Assembly (NCBI GenBank): GCA_051362555.1 | Contig: CM120648.1 | Location: forward strand, 3,592,587-3,656,586 | Length of the DNA stretch: 64,000 nt | DNA from: Lingula anatina | Lineage: Eukaryota; Animalia; Brachiopoda | Direction of reading: 5' to 3' | Part shown: positions 26,136 through 38,546 of the stretch, one piece after another | Numbering within the stretch: position 1 is the stretch's first letter | Layout of the letters: each line of letters opens with the position of its first letter | Translations under genes and position numbers: made by a program | Notes under the pieces: model-generated | What the model saw: only the letters and a program-made list of their open reading frames with translations | Told to the model about the DNA's origin: nothing | Database searches by the model: none

Positions 26136-29100
26136 ATATATTGGTACAGCAGGAAAATGAAAAACCAAGTGCCCATGCTTCAACTGTGACCATTGCATGC
26201 ACCCCCCCCCCCAAAAAAAAAAAATGAACTTGTGGAGCTCATAATTTTCCTTAACTTTTCTATCAATGTTGTATTCCCAGACAAGAATGGAAATTGTTTA
26301 TTATTTTTTATTGTTGATTATTTTGTTGTTGTTTTTTTTTTGTCATTTTATGGAGGCAGTTTGATCTTAAAAAACTTTGTCCCAAAATGAGAGTAAATTT
26401 GGTAAAGGACAAGGCTAATCCTTAAAGTTTGTTATAGCAATATCCCAAAAGTTGACTCAAATAAGTCAAGAGTTATCAGCTAAAACCTAAAAGTATTGTC
26501 CCAAAATTTTAAGCATATTTCCCCCTCTAGAGCAGAAAGGCAGCCCTGCACCTCAATCATCTCCAGTATTCCCAGGAGAGTTGTTTGAGTTTCCAATTAA
26601 TTTCAAGGAGAATGCATACCAATCAATGTTCAGATGGAACTCATTAAGGGAACATCTCAAAAAAATAATACACTCATAGGGTGTGTTCAAAATGAAACTG
26701 TCATGACTGTAATCATACTAGGTAGTTTGAAAAAAAAAAAAAATATATATATATATATATGATAATTCTGCCAGGACTGTCCCTGAATGCAATTGCAGTT
26801 TATTAAGAGATTAACACTTCTTTCATTTCCAACCTATTTGTATATCACCAGCTTTTCTGTATTCTACTCAAGGCCAGGAGGAGGAGGAGGCGGTGTTGAT
26901 AAGCTGACATGTTCCCTACATGTTCAAAATCCAGGTAACAAGACTGTTCTAGAGCCATGTCACAGAATTAATGTTTGATTAATTTGTGGCTTACATTACC
27001 TCTAACCTCCCCTCCAAACTGTGCATACTGTAATTCACCCTAAGTTCAGGGGAACACTGAAAACTGTCTTCATGAGTTTCAGTGACTTCTGAACCAAGGA
27101 TTATGTCAAAATAATAATAAAAATGAAAAAAATGGGGAAAAAAGCTGGTTATAAGCTTTTTGAAGTTTTTTTTTATTAGAAGGAGAATTTAGTCTTGTTT
27201 AAACATACTTGCTTTTAGAAAACAACATTTACCTAAAAACATATATTTATCATATTTTACAACCAAGTCTTCATAAATAAATATATAAATAAATAAATAA
27301 ATACAGACTAAGTGTCATTGGTCATAAAAATTAATTTTTGGGTTTAGCAAAAAATTAATATCAGTCAAACAGTAAGGGAGACATAAAACAACAATCCAAC
27401 AGTGAAATTAATAACATTATCTATACAAGCATAGCACAGTTTCCTACAAACTTATCAATTCTATTTTTAGTCAGAACATGTGGAAGGTTTCACAAATGTT
27501 TCCTCACACATTCTAAGCCTGATTCAAATGCGAATTCTACCAGGTTAACAAGACAGTCTGCCATTTTAACAGACTCTGGGGCCTTTAATGTCAATTATTT
27601 CACTCAAGACATTTTCCCATAAATCAAAATTAAAAAAAAAAGAATTTCTTCACATCATGTCTTGCCTCAAAGACTGGAAGATTAAGGGATGAATTTCAGG
27701 GTAATATTCCTTATATACTTGTACCTTATTTCTCAAATACCAAAAATGAATTTCTTGGATAAAAGAAACCAACATATGATTCTGAGCTAAATGTACTGTT
27801 AAATGTATTAATTTTAAAGTAAAAAATATTTTTTTAAATTTATCAATTAACTCATTTAATTTATTCCTTTCTTAATTTTTTCAAAAGGCAATGATCAGAA
27901 TCTCAAATTTCAACTGACCCAGTAAGTTTGATATGAAGTTAAATCAACACACTTAACATTTCAGGTATATACCACGTGTGGCAAGTTTATCTTTTGGGTG
28001 AACCATTAAAAATGTGTTTACCAGGTCAGGTGTGTTGACAGAACGGGTGGGTTGCCACCGCCCAGAAATTAACTGCATTAACATAGAGGGCCTGTGAAAA
28101 GGACACTTATATGTAGCTCTTTATAATTTCTCGCTTCAACTAAATTCCTATTAATTCTTTTCTCACTGTGGGTATTTAAATGCAATGGTTTGAATTCGCC
28201 TTAAAATAAAATTACTGTATTTGAATTCCATTACAATCAGAAAATTCCCAGAACTGATACTTCTCTTCCTAGAAGATGAAAACATATCTTTAGGGAAATT
28301 GCTATTTCAACAACACAAATAAGAACAAAAAAATTGAATTTTTTTTTTTTTTTTTTTTTTGCAAATTATGTATGCAGTAGACATCTGCCTGTAATAAACC
28401 TCGTAAAATATACTGATCGCTACGTATATTAAGAACTATACATAGTGATGTTGTTACTATTTTAAATAAGTAGTTTATTCTACGCTTTAGATGATACAGT
28501 ACAGAATATGCAACCACATCATAAAAATAAATTCTCACCATATTTCAATTCAATATATCACAAGTAAACAGAGTTCATGTCATGCTTATATGTACTAGTA
28601 GGTATTTCTAACTGAGGGCATAATAATGTATTTCGACTGAAGAGAATGTAAAACACATGTTTCTGCTTCTGTGATCCCTGACTACACTGAATGTAACCAT
28701 AAGTAAAATTTTTATACATCTCAATATTTCTAATATATATTCATTTTTTTAAAATAATTTATCATTTTTAGATACTCAAAACCAAGGCTTTCCCCAGAGA
28801 GCCATCCAGCCTTTATTTGGACAACCATTTTCCTCAAAATTTTGGGGTTGGTAGGTTGGGCTTGCTTGGGTTGGACTCCTAGTGAATCATTGACCACTAT
28901 TAATTTACAGATTCACATTTTGGACTTCTTGTACCCCAAATCCTGGGGAAACCCTGTTGCTCACAACAATATACTTATTGACACAAATTGAGGCCAACCA
29001 GCTTTCTTTTCAAATTTTATGAATCTACATTTTTAGCACTACAAGCATTTTAACATTTTTTCTCTGAGTGGTGGGTAGGGGGTTATGCTGAGACTATCAA

Positions 29101-29176
29101 ATCCGGCTGTTCAAATATACTGACTATACTATAACTAACCAATATAACAACACAAACCACAGCTACAACAGTCACC

Positions 29177-29261
<85 letters not shown>

Positions 29262-30452
29262 ATTAATTAATTAATTAATTAATTAATTAATAATAAAATA
29301 AGATAAAATTAATCAAAATCAGTCCAACCTACCCTGGGGACTCCTTCACCAGTAGTTGTACACATTCCAGGGTACCTGATGAGGCAGCATAATGGAGAGG
29401 CAGGGCACCTGTTTCTGTCCTCTCCATTACAGATGCATGTCCCTCCACTAAGAGCCAGCTGATGATGTCTGGGTGGTCATACCTAAAGATATGAATATAT
29501 CAATATCACTTCTTACTGTATACGTAACTCAGGGGCGGATTTAGGTCGTCTTCTGGGTCTTCTGGAAGACGGTCATATTTTCAAGTTTACATTGTCAGCC
29601 ATCTAATGTTTTCTGTCAGAAGACGGTCAAAAATGGAAGATGGATCAACAAAGATAATTTGGAAGACTGTCAAAAAATATCTCTGGATCCGCCCCTGTAA
29701 CTGGTAGATAATTGTAAACATGGTAATTTATAATTGGTTGGATATATACATGTATAATTTACTGGTACTAGTATTTAGTTGAATGAATTGGGAATAACCC
29801 TTTGTATACAAGTAGAGGCAATAAAATGTACAAAAAAAAAATTTGGCAATATTGGGTAAGGTGCTCATACTACATAACCCATTGTGATGACAGAATATGA
29901 TGATGAAGTATGATGATGAAGTACTTTCTTTTTAGTAGGTATAGGTATAGGGTCAAAATGTTATCCCCCCCCCCCCCCCCCCCCCCATCCCCGTAGTTGA
30001 GGACACATTAAATTTTGACGACACTATTATTTACATGATGCTCATGTTACAACACAATTTTCTACCATCCAGGTAGTAGCATAGGATAATACCACAGATC
30101 ACCATTACCTTGCTGCGAGGTGAAGGCAAGTCTGCCCGGAGACGTCGCTGTCATCAGGGTCGCAATCGGTGTGGGTGATCATCCACTTCAGCGCATCGAG
30201 CTGGCCCGTTGCAGCAGCGTCGTGAGCCGGAGTTGCCCCGACCCGATTCTTTTTATTCCCACGGAATTTTCGCTTGTGGATCAGAAAATTGAGGATGTCG
30301 ATATTTCCAGTCCTTGCTGCGTAGTGTAGGCAGTTGGAGCCATGTTCATCGGCAACGCTGTCGTTGGCTAGACTCAGATCAAGGCTCTCCAAACTCTTCA
30401 AGTTGCCGTTTTCTGCCAAAAGCAGCGCTTCAGGATGTTTGTTTACAACCAT
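11426..30452 (-). CDS. ESPN: Espin/forked-family actin-bundling protein (ankyrin repeats, Pro-rich, WH2, C-terminal actin-bundling module); about 862 aa without and about 1826 aa with the large exon
   Basis: Hand-assembled exons, all GT-AG and phase-consistent: 30452-30109, 29482-29333, 25898-25715, 25305-25123, 22229-22095, 19231-19195, 18772-17932, 17678-17480, 17187-17035, [16623-13732 optional], 12744-12565, 11915-11851, 11543-11426. The ankyrin region matches espin (GATPAHDAAATGQL; GALPLHYAA; AYDGMSCVHAAAQMG; LGGSPLHDAA). WH2-like segment SAENLIAELKASSGIMGLRRT. ABM segments VPTTDKEGKDIPPWKRQVL, MPPWKRALV and KLAPWQQEL. Confidence 0.92.
13723..16623 (-). CDS. Large (about 2.9 kb) low-complexity coding exon within the espin-like gene; cassette or alternative terminal exon
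   Basis: Phase-0 acceptor tatacag|GAG at 16623, in frame with the 866-aa ORF. The frame is open for about 966 codons and ends FAHFSKVL-stop. A weak phase-0 donor AAG|GTTCTT lies at 13732. Confidence 0.8.
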   Translation of the reverse strand, partial: EEGEESDFTNFKAPANLVSAHGAAGHSDKNQSQYPASIQRDCADPEVKIGANGTQVIIGTTSVGAWNSFRTGAGNEAGTTVGGSTGAGTEWSGITRVDIKMDVDADHIRSKRPLSDQQTASIDNKQNCMHHRQIDSASQDRKKTADDYGKINPTSRNDLIESPNLHIQKTTVRHTSSYVQGVPQTQTASKPAYRQSVARDGAGGGGGKTHKSIFELEKMMKTRTSEVTLGSVQPVVKVDGNGMVLAADKTKIRKSSSSGQLHLKPHHGDEHYVMSANSSAAVKSTSVRTTGAGQSLVTAAGLAKGDNGQGKMAMGQVNMGGKGTGQENMGIGSVHSQKGWQGKSADFPHKGHIETDNGQKVLDENRGNIVLSNSAYSKQEQSSVTNVIKKDRYGIQGEKVGLTEDKSIESWNKKQDTVKARPEKEVMILEKESYDKTIENSPRNDWKRENLDTREQLWVKPPKKLNEAERLLYGQQTPSSSATSSPESPYPNLGAKISLFEQASNVDKNGNDRNKIYGSWVNRESSRANLGGNNSEQLNSNKTLKADVANLDAFRMDKNCLVSPGLQMSHDSNHNALVNAMAKQAGSETKSDKELEGRTDPKENWGIVKDYVKSKNLDTQNNRDDKVLVKEEMDINEMANRNVVQERMRLFSGANSFTDRNVAPAKNNCAVEKEANVGAMAKGGVSESKISRLNQKSDIAAEVGHRSHIKGPSYHYSEKTGNFQHGFLTEDMAQRAGRYVSSSHPATSGHQCEPEGQLKNSAEGRTSPEAKPKVPHLQNIGVKLPGMMKDVSFFSGQMVSLKCIEGSQIRNALTKPLSNQNTERQYFAKKGNLQEFGRNPSANEKGENIEGIVKIQESDHNSGTSQVTVGSSRVSTGNTGIGSGASKTHLSADIWSKFDQTLMSKKKQKHCKVEDGANISANVDTLKSTKTVPGNNGVDAVSLRISEKKPFDSRQEEKFAHFSKVL
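17932..18772 (-). CDS. ESPN: Espin-like proline-rich exon
   Basis: Acceptor ttttgcag and donor AG|GTATGT. Poly-Pro tracts (PPPPDSPPP; a long poly-Pro run) resemble the espin proline-rich regions. Confidence 0.85.
24279..24364 (+). repeat. Tandem duplication with a 44-bp period
   Basis: TCTTTTTCCATATTTTTACATTTCCACAGTTCTATATTACTA occurs twice. Confidence 0.85.
24734..24930 (+). repeat. Degenerate tandem repeat of about 73 bp (about 3 copies)
   Basis: GTGCTCTGTCATC recurs at about 24735, 24809 and 24882 with similar downstream sequence. Confidence 0.7.
26064..26134. repeat. Compound (CT)n(GT)n microsatellite
   Basis: Direct reading. Confidence 0.9.
29177..29295. repeat. Compound (AAT)n(AAAT)n(AATT)n microsatellite
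   Basis: Direct reading. Confidence 0.9.
29530..29697. mobile_element. MITE family A copy 2 (espin intron 1)
   Basis: TIR CAGGGGCGGAT...ATCCGCCCCTG flanked by the direct repeat TAACT (putative TSD). Homologous to 1051-1224 in inverted orientation. Confidence 0.8.
30109..30452 (-). CDS. ESPN: Espin-like exon 1 (first ankyrin repeats)
   Basis: ORF MVVNKHPEALLLAENGNL...HYAARTG...HDAAATG...HLAAR, ending at donor AG|GTAATG. Confidence 0.92.
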
Positions 30453-30815
30453 TCTTGTCTTTTTTTTATGTTACCTGTTGAAAAACTCTACTGAACTACT
30501 GCATTCTCTTAGAGTGTAAGGCAAAGTTCAGCTTATCTTATCCCCACAAAGAGTAGGTTAACTCGGTGTAGTAACTCACGCCTCTACACCTCTGAGTGTT
30601 TTCAAGTGCAAACACAACACGGAAGTAATGGGCTTGTCTTGTCAAATCTGGATGCCCTCTATCGGATCCTTTACGTATAATTGTTTACATTTTATCATGA
30701 TTTCACGTGAAATAATTTATTGAACGGACCAGGAAGAATCAAAACACAAAGAGTTTCCCGACGTCGAGGGTCTCATTATATCCTTGTGAATAGTTAGGAC
30801 ACAGTTAGAATCAAC
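30453..30815. promoter_or_regulatory. Putative bidirectional promoter and 5' UTRs shared by the espin-like gene and NADK
   Basis: Divergent ATGs at 30452 (-) and 30816 (+). The interval is richer in CpG than the flanks and contains an ETS-like CGGAAGT (about 30620), an E-box CACGTG (about 30704) and a CRE-like GACGTC (about 30760). Confidence 0.6.
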
Positions 30816-33800
30816 ATGTCGGAGGCTGAAAGAACTTTCAGAGGTAAAAACGGGACACCGGTTGAAGCCGATGGCTACGAGAACATCGACCCCGCGGTGC
30901 CACTTCCAGAGGAAGTGGCCAAGGAAATCGCGGAGATGAAAGTGAGCGATGGAAACTTTCGTCTTCAGAGAAACCGAGGGGGAAAGTAAGTATTTGAACA
31001 GAAAGACAGATAATATTTGAAAATGTTTAGCGCATTAAAGTAAATAAATAAGATATATAAAAGTCATGAGTCTGTTAAAATGACTCAAGCTTTTCAGTCA
31101 CACTTTTTATATAGGGTTCATTCTCAATGAAATTATCTTTCTACATTAATGCAATGAGATTAACAGATAAACACGCCTCCTCCTGGCAGGCAATTATATT
31201 GAGCACAAAGAGGCAGGAATGTTAATCTGCTTACTAGTATTTATTTGCATTCAGACAGTCCCTGAAGAGTTGGATGTATCTATGTAGAATGATAGAGTGC
31301 ATTCCCATAGATTTAGATTGATCCATCTAGACCAACCTAGCTCCCTAGGGGTTAACGCTAAATTGCTGTCAGCCGAGTGCGCACTGTAGTTAATTACCCC
31401 CTTACAGCTTTTAGTAGGAGGGACAGACATTTAAGCCGGCTAAGCTGACAGTAATCTAGTGAGACTCCCCACAGGGATAGATCGATCTAAAATCTGTGGG
31501 AATGGGGTCATAGTTTCATTGGGAAAAGCCCTCTGATATTACTGGAAATTACGACAGAGAGGTTTTCATTGTATAGTTTCCTGTTACAGTACTAGTTTGG
31601 TTTAATCGAGTGATCTCTTAGACCCCATGATTAGCTGAGGTCATAATGAGGCATGAATTAGTCTGTAACATTGACTTTAATTTCCTGATCAGCTCTAAAT
31701 GTCTCATAGTTCTAATTTCCTTCTCCTACTCATCAGTTTTTTTATCCTTAATACTGATAAAACTACCAGTAAAAGCAAATGGTGAAGAAGCAGTGGAAGG
31801 TATATATTGGGCACACTAGAGTTGTGTCATTTATTTTGCAGTACAGACTTTGACTCTTATTTACAAGTGTGTTTAATGTATCTCCTATGATTTTGATTTA
31901 TTTAGCAAAGCAGAACGTTTGTGAAATTGTCTGAAAATATTACCACTAACTAGTAGTTAATTGAGGATTAGAGTAACTACAAGTACCCTGCTAAATAAAA
32001 GTTCATCCAAATGTTACAGTACTAATACTTATCTCCAATATATGTGGGTTTGTATGGTCAGTAACTAGTTATTGTGAACATGTGTATTTTGACACTGAGT
32101 TAAGTTTGTCTTTTTGCACATTAGCCAGCGAGGATGTATAGCCGGCAGGGTGATAAAAAAGGGGTAAGTTTTTCCTTCTGTTTTAGTAATCTTTTCTTTT
32201 TCATTTTAAGCCTTTTTTCAGTCTTGATATTTCTCTTGGACCTTGCTCTGGAGGTTAGAGGTATAACATCTGCAGTAGTGCTAGCCATTTTTTTCACTTA
32301 GCCAAATCACTACTTTTTTTATCACTTTTTTCTCCAAATGATTTAGCCAGCTTAAGTCAATTTTAGCATTTGACTAAATTGGCGAGTGTTAGTGCTAACC
32401 CAGATTGTACATGTTGGGTTCATTTTTCCATCATTTTAAGTTAAACTTTTTTTTCATGATTGATCTCAGAAATAGTTTCTTGAAAAACCTTAAGATGAAC
32501 CAAGAATCTTGGATAAACTAGTATACCATCTCACTGGCTTAGCTTTGTCTATCTGATGAAGGGGTTGGCATATTGGAACTTTGCTCTTTTTTTAGAAGGT
32601 TCCCTTATTGTTCACATCCCCCAATTATTTGGTGATAATTATGCTATTAATATCCTTCTTATTTATAAAAAAAGCTCTTTCTTTGGCATAGTATAAAAAC
32701 TGTACATCTATACATAATAATTTTATTAATGGAAGTGTTTCCCAGTGTCCTTGTTTACAATTTTTTTCCTTATTTTGTCAACATGTAATGAATGAGTCCT
32801 CTGGTTGTTACGTAGACAGCTAATTAAGGATAAGTCCAAATACATGAAACAGGAATCGTAAGTACTGTCTACTAGTAGGTGTTGTAAAGGTATCTGGTAC
32901 ATCCTGGTCTGCATGTCTTTATGTTATATGTACTTGTACATTTGGTATAATTATGTATTTGGTTTAAACTTTTCCATAAGAAAAAATATATATACAGTAC
33001 CTTGTTGGTGTAGTGTTGTTAAAATGTGTTTGGTTTTATATATATATGTGGGGGGGGGGGGGGGGGGTGTGCATTAAAATAACTTGATGAAATTTTTTGA
33101 CAAATGAAAGTATTTATTTAGTTCATTACATTTTTGCCCTTAATTATAAATTAATCATCTTATTTGTTAATCATCACAAGTGTATATATAGTATTCTGTA
33201 TGTAGCATTAAGGGATCAAAGGGATTTATTATTTTGTCTGTCATACTCTGCTTTGAACAGTAAATGCATGAACTTTGGGCTCAATTGCAAATTCAGTTCA
33301 TGGATTATGTAAATGGCTTATGACTGTGCATGCTTTGATTTTTCATCTATACTTTTAATGTCTGCTTTCTAGTGGTAAAAGTTTTATTGTTTCTGGGCAT
33401 TATTTTACATTAGAAGAGCAGTTTCTCTTACAATAAACTTACTGTATAAACTTACCTTATTGACCAAAGTTAAATCAGCAGTCATTTTTTGAGGCATATG
33501 TGTGCATTTGTGTGTTTGTGTGCGTGTGCTTGTATGATGGGAGAAAGGGGGGCTGGGGTAGCGCTAGCACTCGCCAATTTAGCCAAATGCTAAAACTGAC
33601 TTAATTTGGCTAAACAAAAAGGACTTGATTTGGCAAATTTTAGTCAAATTAAAGCTATTTTCATAAGAAATTGACAAAAAAGTGATGATTTGGCTAAGCG
33701 AAAAAAATTGCTAGCGCTACCCCAAGGGGGGGGGGGGGTGTAAAACTGTCTAATTTGCTCACTAGCCTGTTTATTTAATGATCCAAATTCAAAGTAGACT

Positions 33801-36800
33801 TTAAAATTCGCTCAATTTGTTAAGATTTCAACAGGGATATATCATTTTGAAAATGAATCAGTAGATCACTAGTGAGCCAGTAGAATATTTTTACATTGTA
33901 TGAGTGTGTTGGAGGAGTGAGAGAGAATCTGCCCAAATATAATTGTGTTAGCTAAGATGAGACAAGCCAAGAAATCTCACAACACAATGTTTTTACCAGC
34001 GGGGTAGTGACAGTTGTGGCTATGACAAAGTGCCCAGTTACAAAATTATCTTTCAGTCCTTCCCAAATCAAAACAAACAAACAAAAAAAAATGTATTAAA
34101 AATGTATTTTAAGAACTGTTTTGTTTGCATTCAGGGTGCAGTGTGTACAATTAAGGTATGTTATGTAGAACAGTGCCCTGAGGCTCAGAGGATTCATTGT
34201 GACAATTCTCATTCACAAGAAGGAAAACAGAGAGTTAATGTTCGCGATAAGTGTCAAATTTTTGTGTAAATATTTAGAGGCCACACCCTGATGATGTGTT
34301 TCTATGGAGAAGGATTCACTGGACATTCTTTTTCATACCAAGGATCACAGCAATCCTCTGATACTTGGGGTGAAGGGCTGTATATGCTGATATACAAAGT
34401 TCACTACAAAGCCCCTGGTACCCCAGGTGAAGGCAAGTGCTTCATGGAACACAAAAATAACTGTCAACCATGTGAAACTTGGGGTGAGGGGTAATATTTG
34501 CTAATACACAGGGATGACTGCACCTTGATACTAAGGGTGATGAAAATAGCATGCTAAAAAACAGGCAGTGCTGCACCCTCGATGATACTTAGAGTGAAGG
34601 TAATTTAAGCTAATATGTATCACAGGAATTATTTAACACACTGATTCACGGGGTGATGAATGGTGTATACTGACAACAGGGGGCACTGCACAGAATAAAG
34701 GCAAGAGAACTCTTTTAAACAGGAATCACTGCAACCCTATGATCCACAGGGTGATGGTGTAATTTCTTTATACTAACATTCATTAATAACTTTTATTTTT
34801 TATGTACAGACACAGATGTGTCTGTACATATTGCCATCACCTGCGTCTGTCGTCGCCGTCGCCGATCATGTCGCCGTCGCTGTCGCCGTCGCCGTGCACT
34901 TTCAGCGTTAACACCATAAGTGGAAGACAGTTTTACTTTTTGGCTTTATATTTACAGAACTGACTAATATTCATAAAACGCAGGTCAAGTTCGAAAATCA
35001 GCATGATCGGGCCATTATTGTAGAATTTATGCTGTTTTTTCACTTTTTAGCATATATGCAACACTGTTAACACATTTCAAGGAAAACCGATAGGCCTATT
35101 GTCATGAAACTCACAGGAGTAATCAATCTTACTAAAACGCAGGCCAAGTTCGAAAATCGGCATGATCGGGCCACCATTTTACTAGTTATGCTGTTTTTTC
35201 ACTTTTCAGCATATATGCAACACTGTTAACACATTTCAAGGAAAACCCATAGACCTGTTGTCATGAAACTCACAGGAGTAATCAATCTTACTAAAACGCA
35301 GGTCAAGTTCGAAAATCGGCATGATCGGGCCACCATTTTACTAGTTATGCTGTTTTTTCACATTTCCTCAGATTCAATTTTTAGGCATGTTAACAGTCGC
35401 ATTATTAAACTAATAAGATACGTGAAAGTGTTTGTTTGACATTTTCTGCATCTTTACAACATTGTTAGTTGATTTTGTAAAAATGATGGTAAACATGTTA
35501 TCGTGTATTGTGTAATAAAGTTTCAAAAATGGAAATAAACTCATATCATTGCAATTTGTCAGATTCAATCATTCACTATGTTCAGAATCTCAGAATGGAA
35601 GAAATTGGACATTTAACACTATTCTATTGATATTCTTCCCATCTCATCAATTTTCTTAGTTGATCATGTAAAAATGGCAGTAAACTGTTAATTTTGTTTT
35701 ATGTTAAAAATTGTTAAAAATGGGGAAAAAAACATTTCAGAACAGTGCTGTCTTGTTTACATTTTGGTATTTCAAGTTGTGACTTTGAAGTTCCATGGGC
35801 CTGAAGACCTTTGCTAGTCACATTTTCTGAATATCCATGATACTAATATTTTTTTATTAAAAATTGATGGTCATTATGCTGTTAAACATTATGTAACATT
35901 GCATCAAAATTTGAAAAAAAAAACTATTTTGGGCACTGCTCCCATGATTACCTTTTAAGAAAAACCATGTCACTTACTGTTCTCAAACTTACAGGAAAGA
36001 AACATGGGACTAAAATACAGCTTCAGTAGGCAATGCAATCTGCCAGATAAAGTTTTTTTTTTTTTTGTGAAAGTTTAATTTTTCACATATTGGCATTTTC
36101 AAGGTGTGACTTTGAAGTTCCACAGGCTTGAAGACCCAGGCTAGTCACATTTTCTGAAAATCCATGATACATATATTTTGTTATTAAAAATTGATTGTCA
36201 TTATGCTGTTAACCATTATGTAATATTGCATCAGAATAGAAGAAAACACAATTTTGGGTGCTGCTGCCATGATGACCATTATGGGAAAACCATGTTACTT
36301 ATGATTGCCAAACTTTCAAAAAAGAAATACAGGACTGAAATGCAGCCTGAGTTGGAAAAGCAGTCTAATTGACTTCTTTTTCTGGAAGTTTTACATTTTC
36401 AAAGTGTGAACTTGAACTCCCATGGGCCTGAAGCTTTATGCTTGTTTCACATTTTACTTACATTGGTATTACCTGTTGAGCATAATTAAAATTTGATGTT
36501 GAATTTGCAGTTTAACATAATGTACTTTTGCATCAGAATTGACAGTAGCCTATTTTGTTATTTCCTGCTTTTTGTCTGTACATTTGACAGCTTTGCTGCC
36601 TTGTCTGTTTTCAGGGTTAAAATCTTTAAATGGTCAAGATCCAAGGCAATGTTTCACAAAAGAGTCTTAAGTTAATTTTTGGGCTAATATTTTAGCCTAC
36701 CAGTACTAAGCCTTAGCCAACTATGTTATGTTTCACACAAAAAGAAAAGAAAAAAATCTATAATACCTGCAGACCTCTTGCAGCTAATTTGTATGATATT

Positions 36801-38502
36801 TTTTCAGCAGGCCTGAAATAGTTGTCAAATACCGAAACATTGAATTTTATTGTTGCCCAGTCAAATTGAAACTCTTAGCCAAATATCAGAATATGAACTT
36901 TGCATACTATTTGATTCTAGCAAACAGCCCAAGAACTTTAGACTTTTGGTGAAACAAATCCTTTGGTTATAATTATTAATTGAGTCTTTATCTCACATGG
37001 CAATGTTGTCACTTCCAGTGTCAGTACACAAGAACCTGTGAAGTGCATTTGCAGACAGTTAAGTGACTAGACCCAAGGCTAGACAGAAATGCCATTATAG
37101 CTCTAAAAATCAATAATTTGTCTGCTAAATCAACTACCATACCAATATTGCAATTTCTGTCCAGGTGGAAGTTTCTGTATTTGATTATTAGACTTTTTAA
37201 AATATAATTCATTTTAATCAAATGTTTTTGGTGCTTCTTGGTAGTAGAATTATATCCAAGGTCTCTGATTTTATCCAAAATGTTTGATTTTCACCTTATT
37301 TTCCCACTTTAGTAGATATAGGTGTTAGATGCCCTACCTGTTTGCTTGTTTTCTGTTATCCCATGTTTTCATGCTAAAGCCAATTAAATGCTTTACTGCA
37401 CTTACTATAATGATAAATGACATCAAGGAACTCCTTAATAATATTGAACCTTTAAAATATTCTGTCAAAGATAAAATATGACCTTTTTTGGGCAAGGGAA
37501 AACAGCTTATTTTATTAGTTTGTTTTATTATTATTATTATTGTTATTTTTATTTTATTTTTTTTTTTTTACCAAATTAAAATTTATTTGATAGATTATTT
37601 TGGGGTAAAATGATATGCTAGGAGTCACAGGGCCTGTTCAGACCCAGTTCATCCAAGGACTAACTATTCCGCAGATCAAGTGGAATTCCTGTCTCCCACG
37701 TGTGCCATCCCTGTTAGGGACAGAGCTATTAAATCTCAGCATGCTTTCAAGTGGGTCAGGCCATATTGATCTGTGAACTAGTCAGATCAACTGGTTGTGA
37801 ACAGGCCCATAGCCCCAGATGGTCAATTAATATTCTTGGAGTATTTATTTATTATTTGCTGGTTCACATGATCATTTAAATGGAAGAAAAGTAACAGTAT
37901 GATATTGATATTGTTAATGTATGATATTTATATTGATTATCAAAATGTTGCGTGGGTTTGCAGGTGGAATTTATTTGTTTAAAAACGGTGTTGTTACCTA
38001 AGTTTTATTACTGTTCAATTTTGTTTATGGTATGCCTATACATAAATAGGCCCTACATTAAAGTTCATAGACTTTTAAATAAATTATTGATTATATTTTT
38101 TTGTTAATCATTTGGTACACTAATTGTAACATAACAAATATATACCTGAAAAATATTCAATTGAGTAGTTATTAAACATATTAGATATATGTACATATGT
38201 AAAAGAATTATTTTAAAATGATGAATTGAGACGAATGAATGTTATATATCAATACTTTGGACTAAAATCTGAAATCTACTTATAATTTTTAAAATAATTT
38301 TTGTTTTAAAATGTAAAGGCAAAATACTCATTTCAGTTTTAATAATGCATGATCTATGGTTGCTATTCAGGCGTGCCAGGTCACTGTATGGGGCCAGTCC
38401 TAGCAACAACTTCGGACCAAAAGGATGCCTAATGAAGACTCAGACGTGCACAATGTAAGTAGAACACTTTTAGGGTTAACATTCAGGAATTACGAAGGAC
38501 TT

Positions 38503-38546
<44 letters not shown>

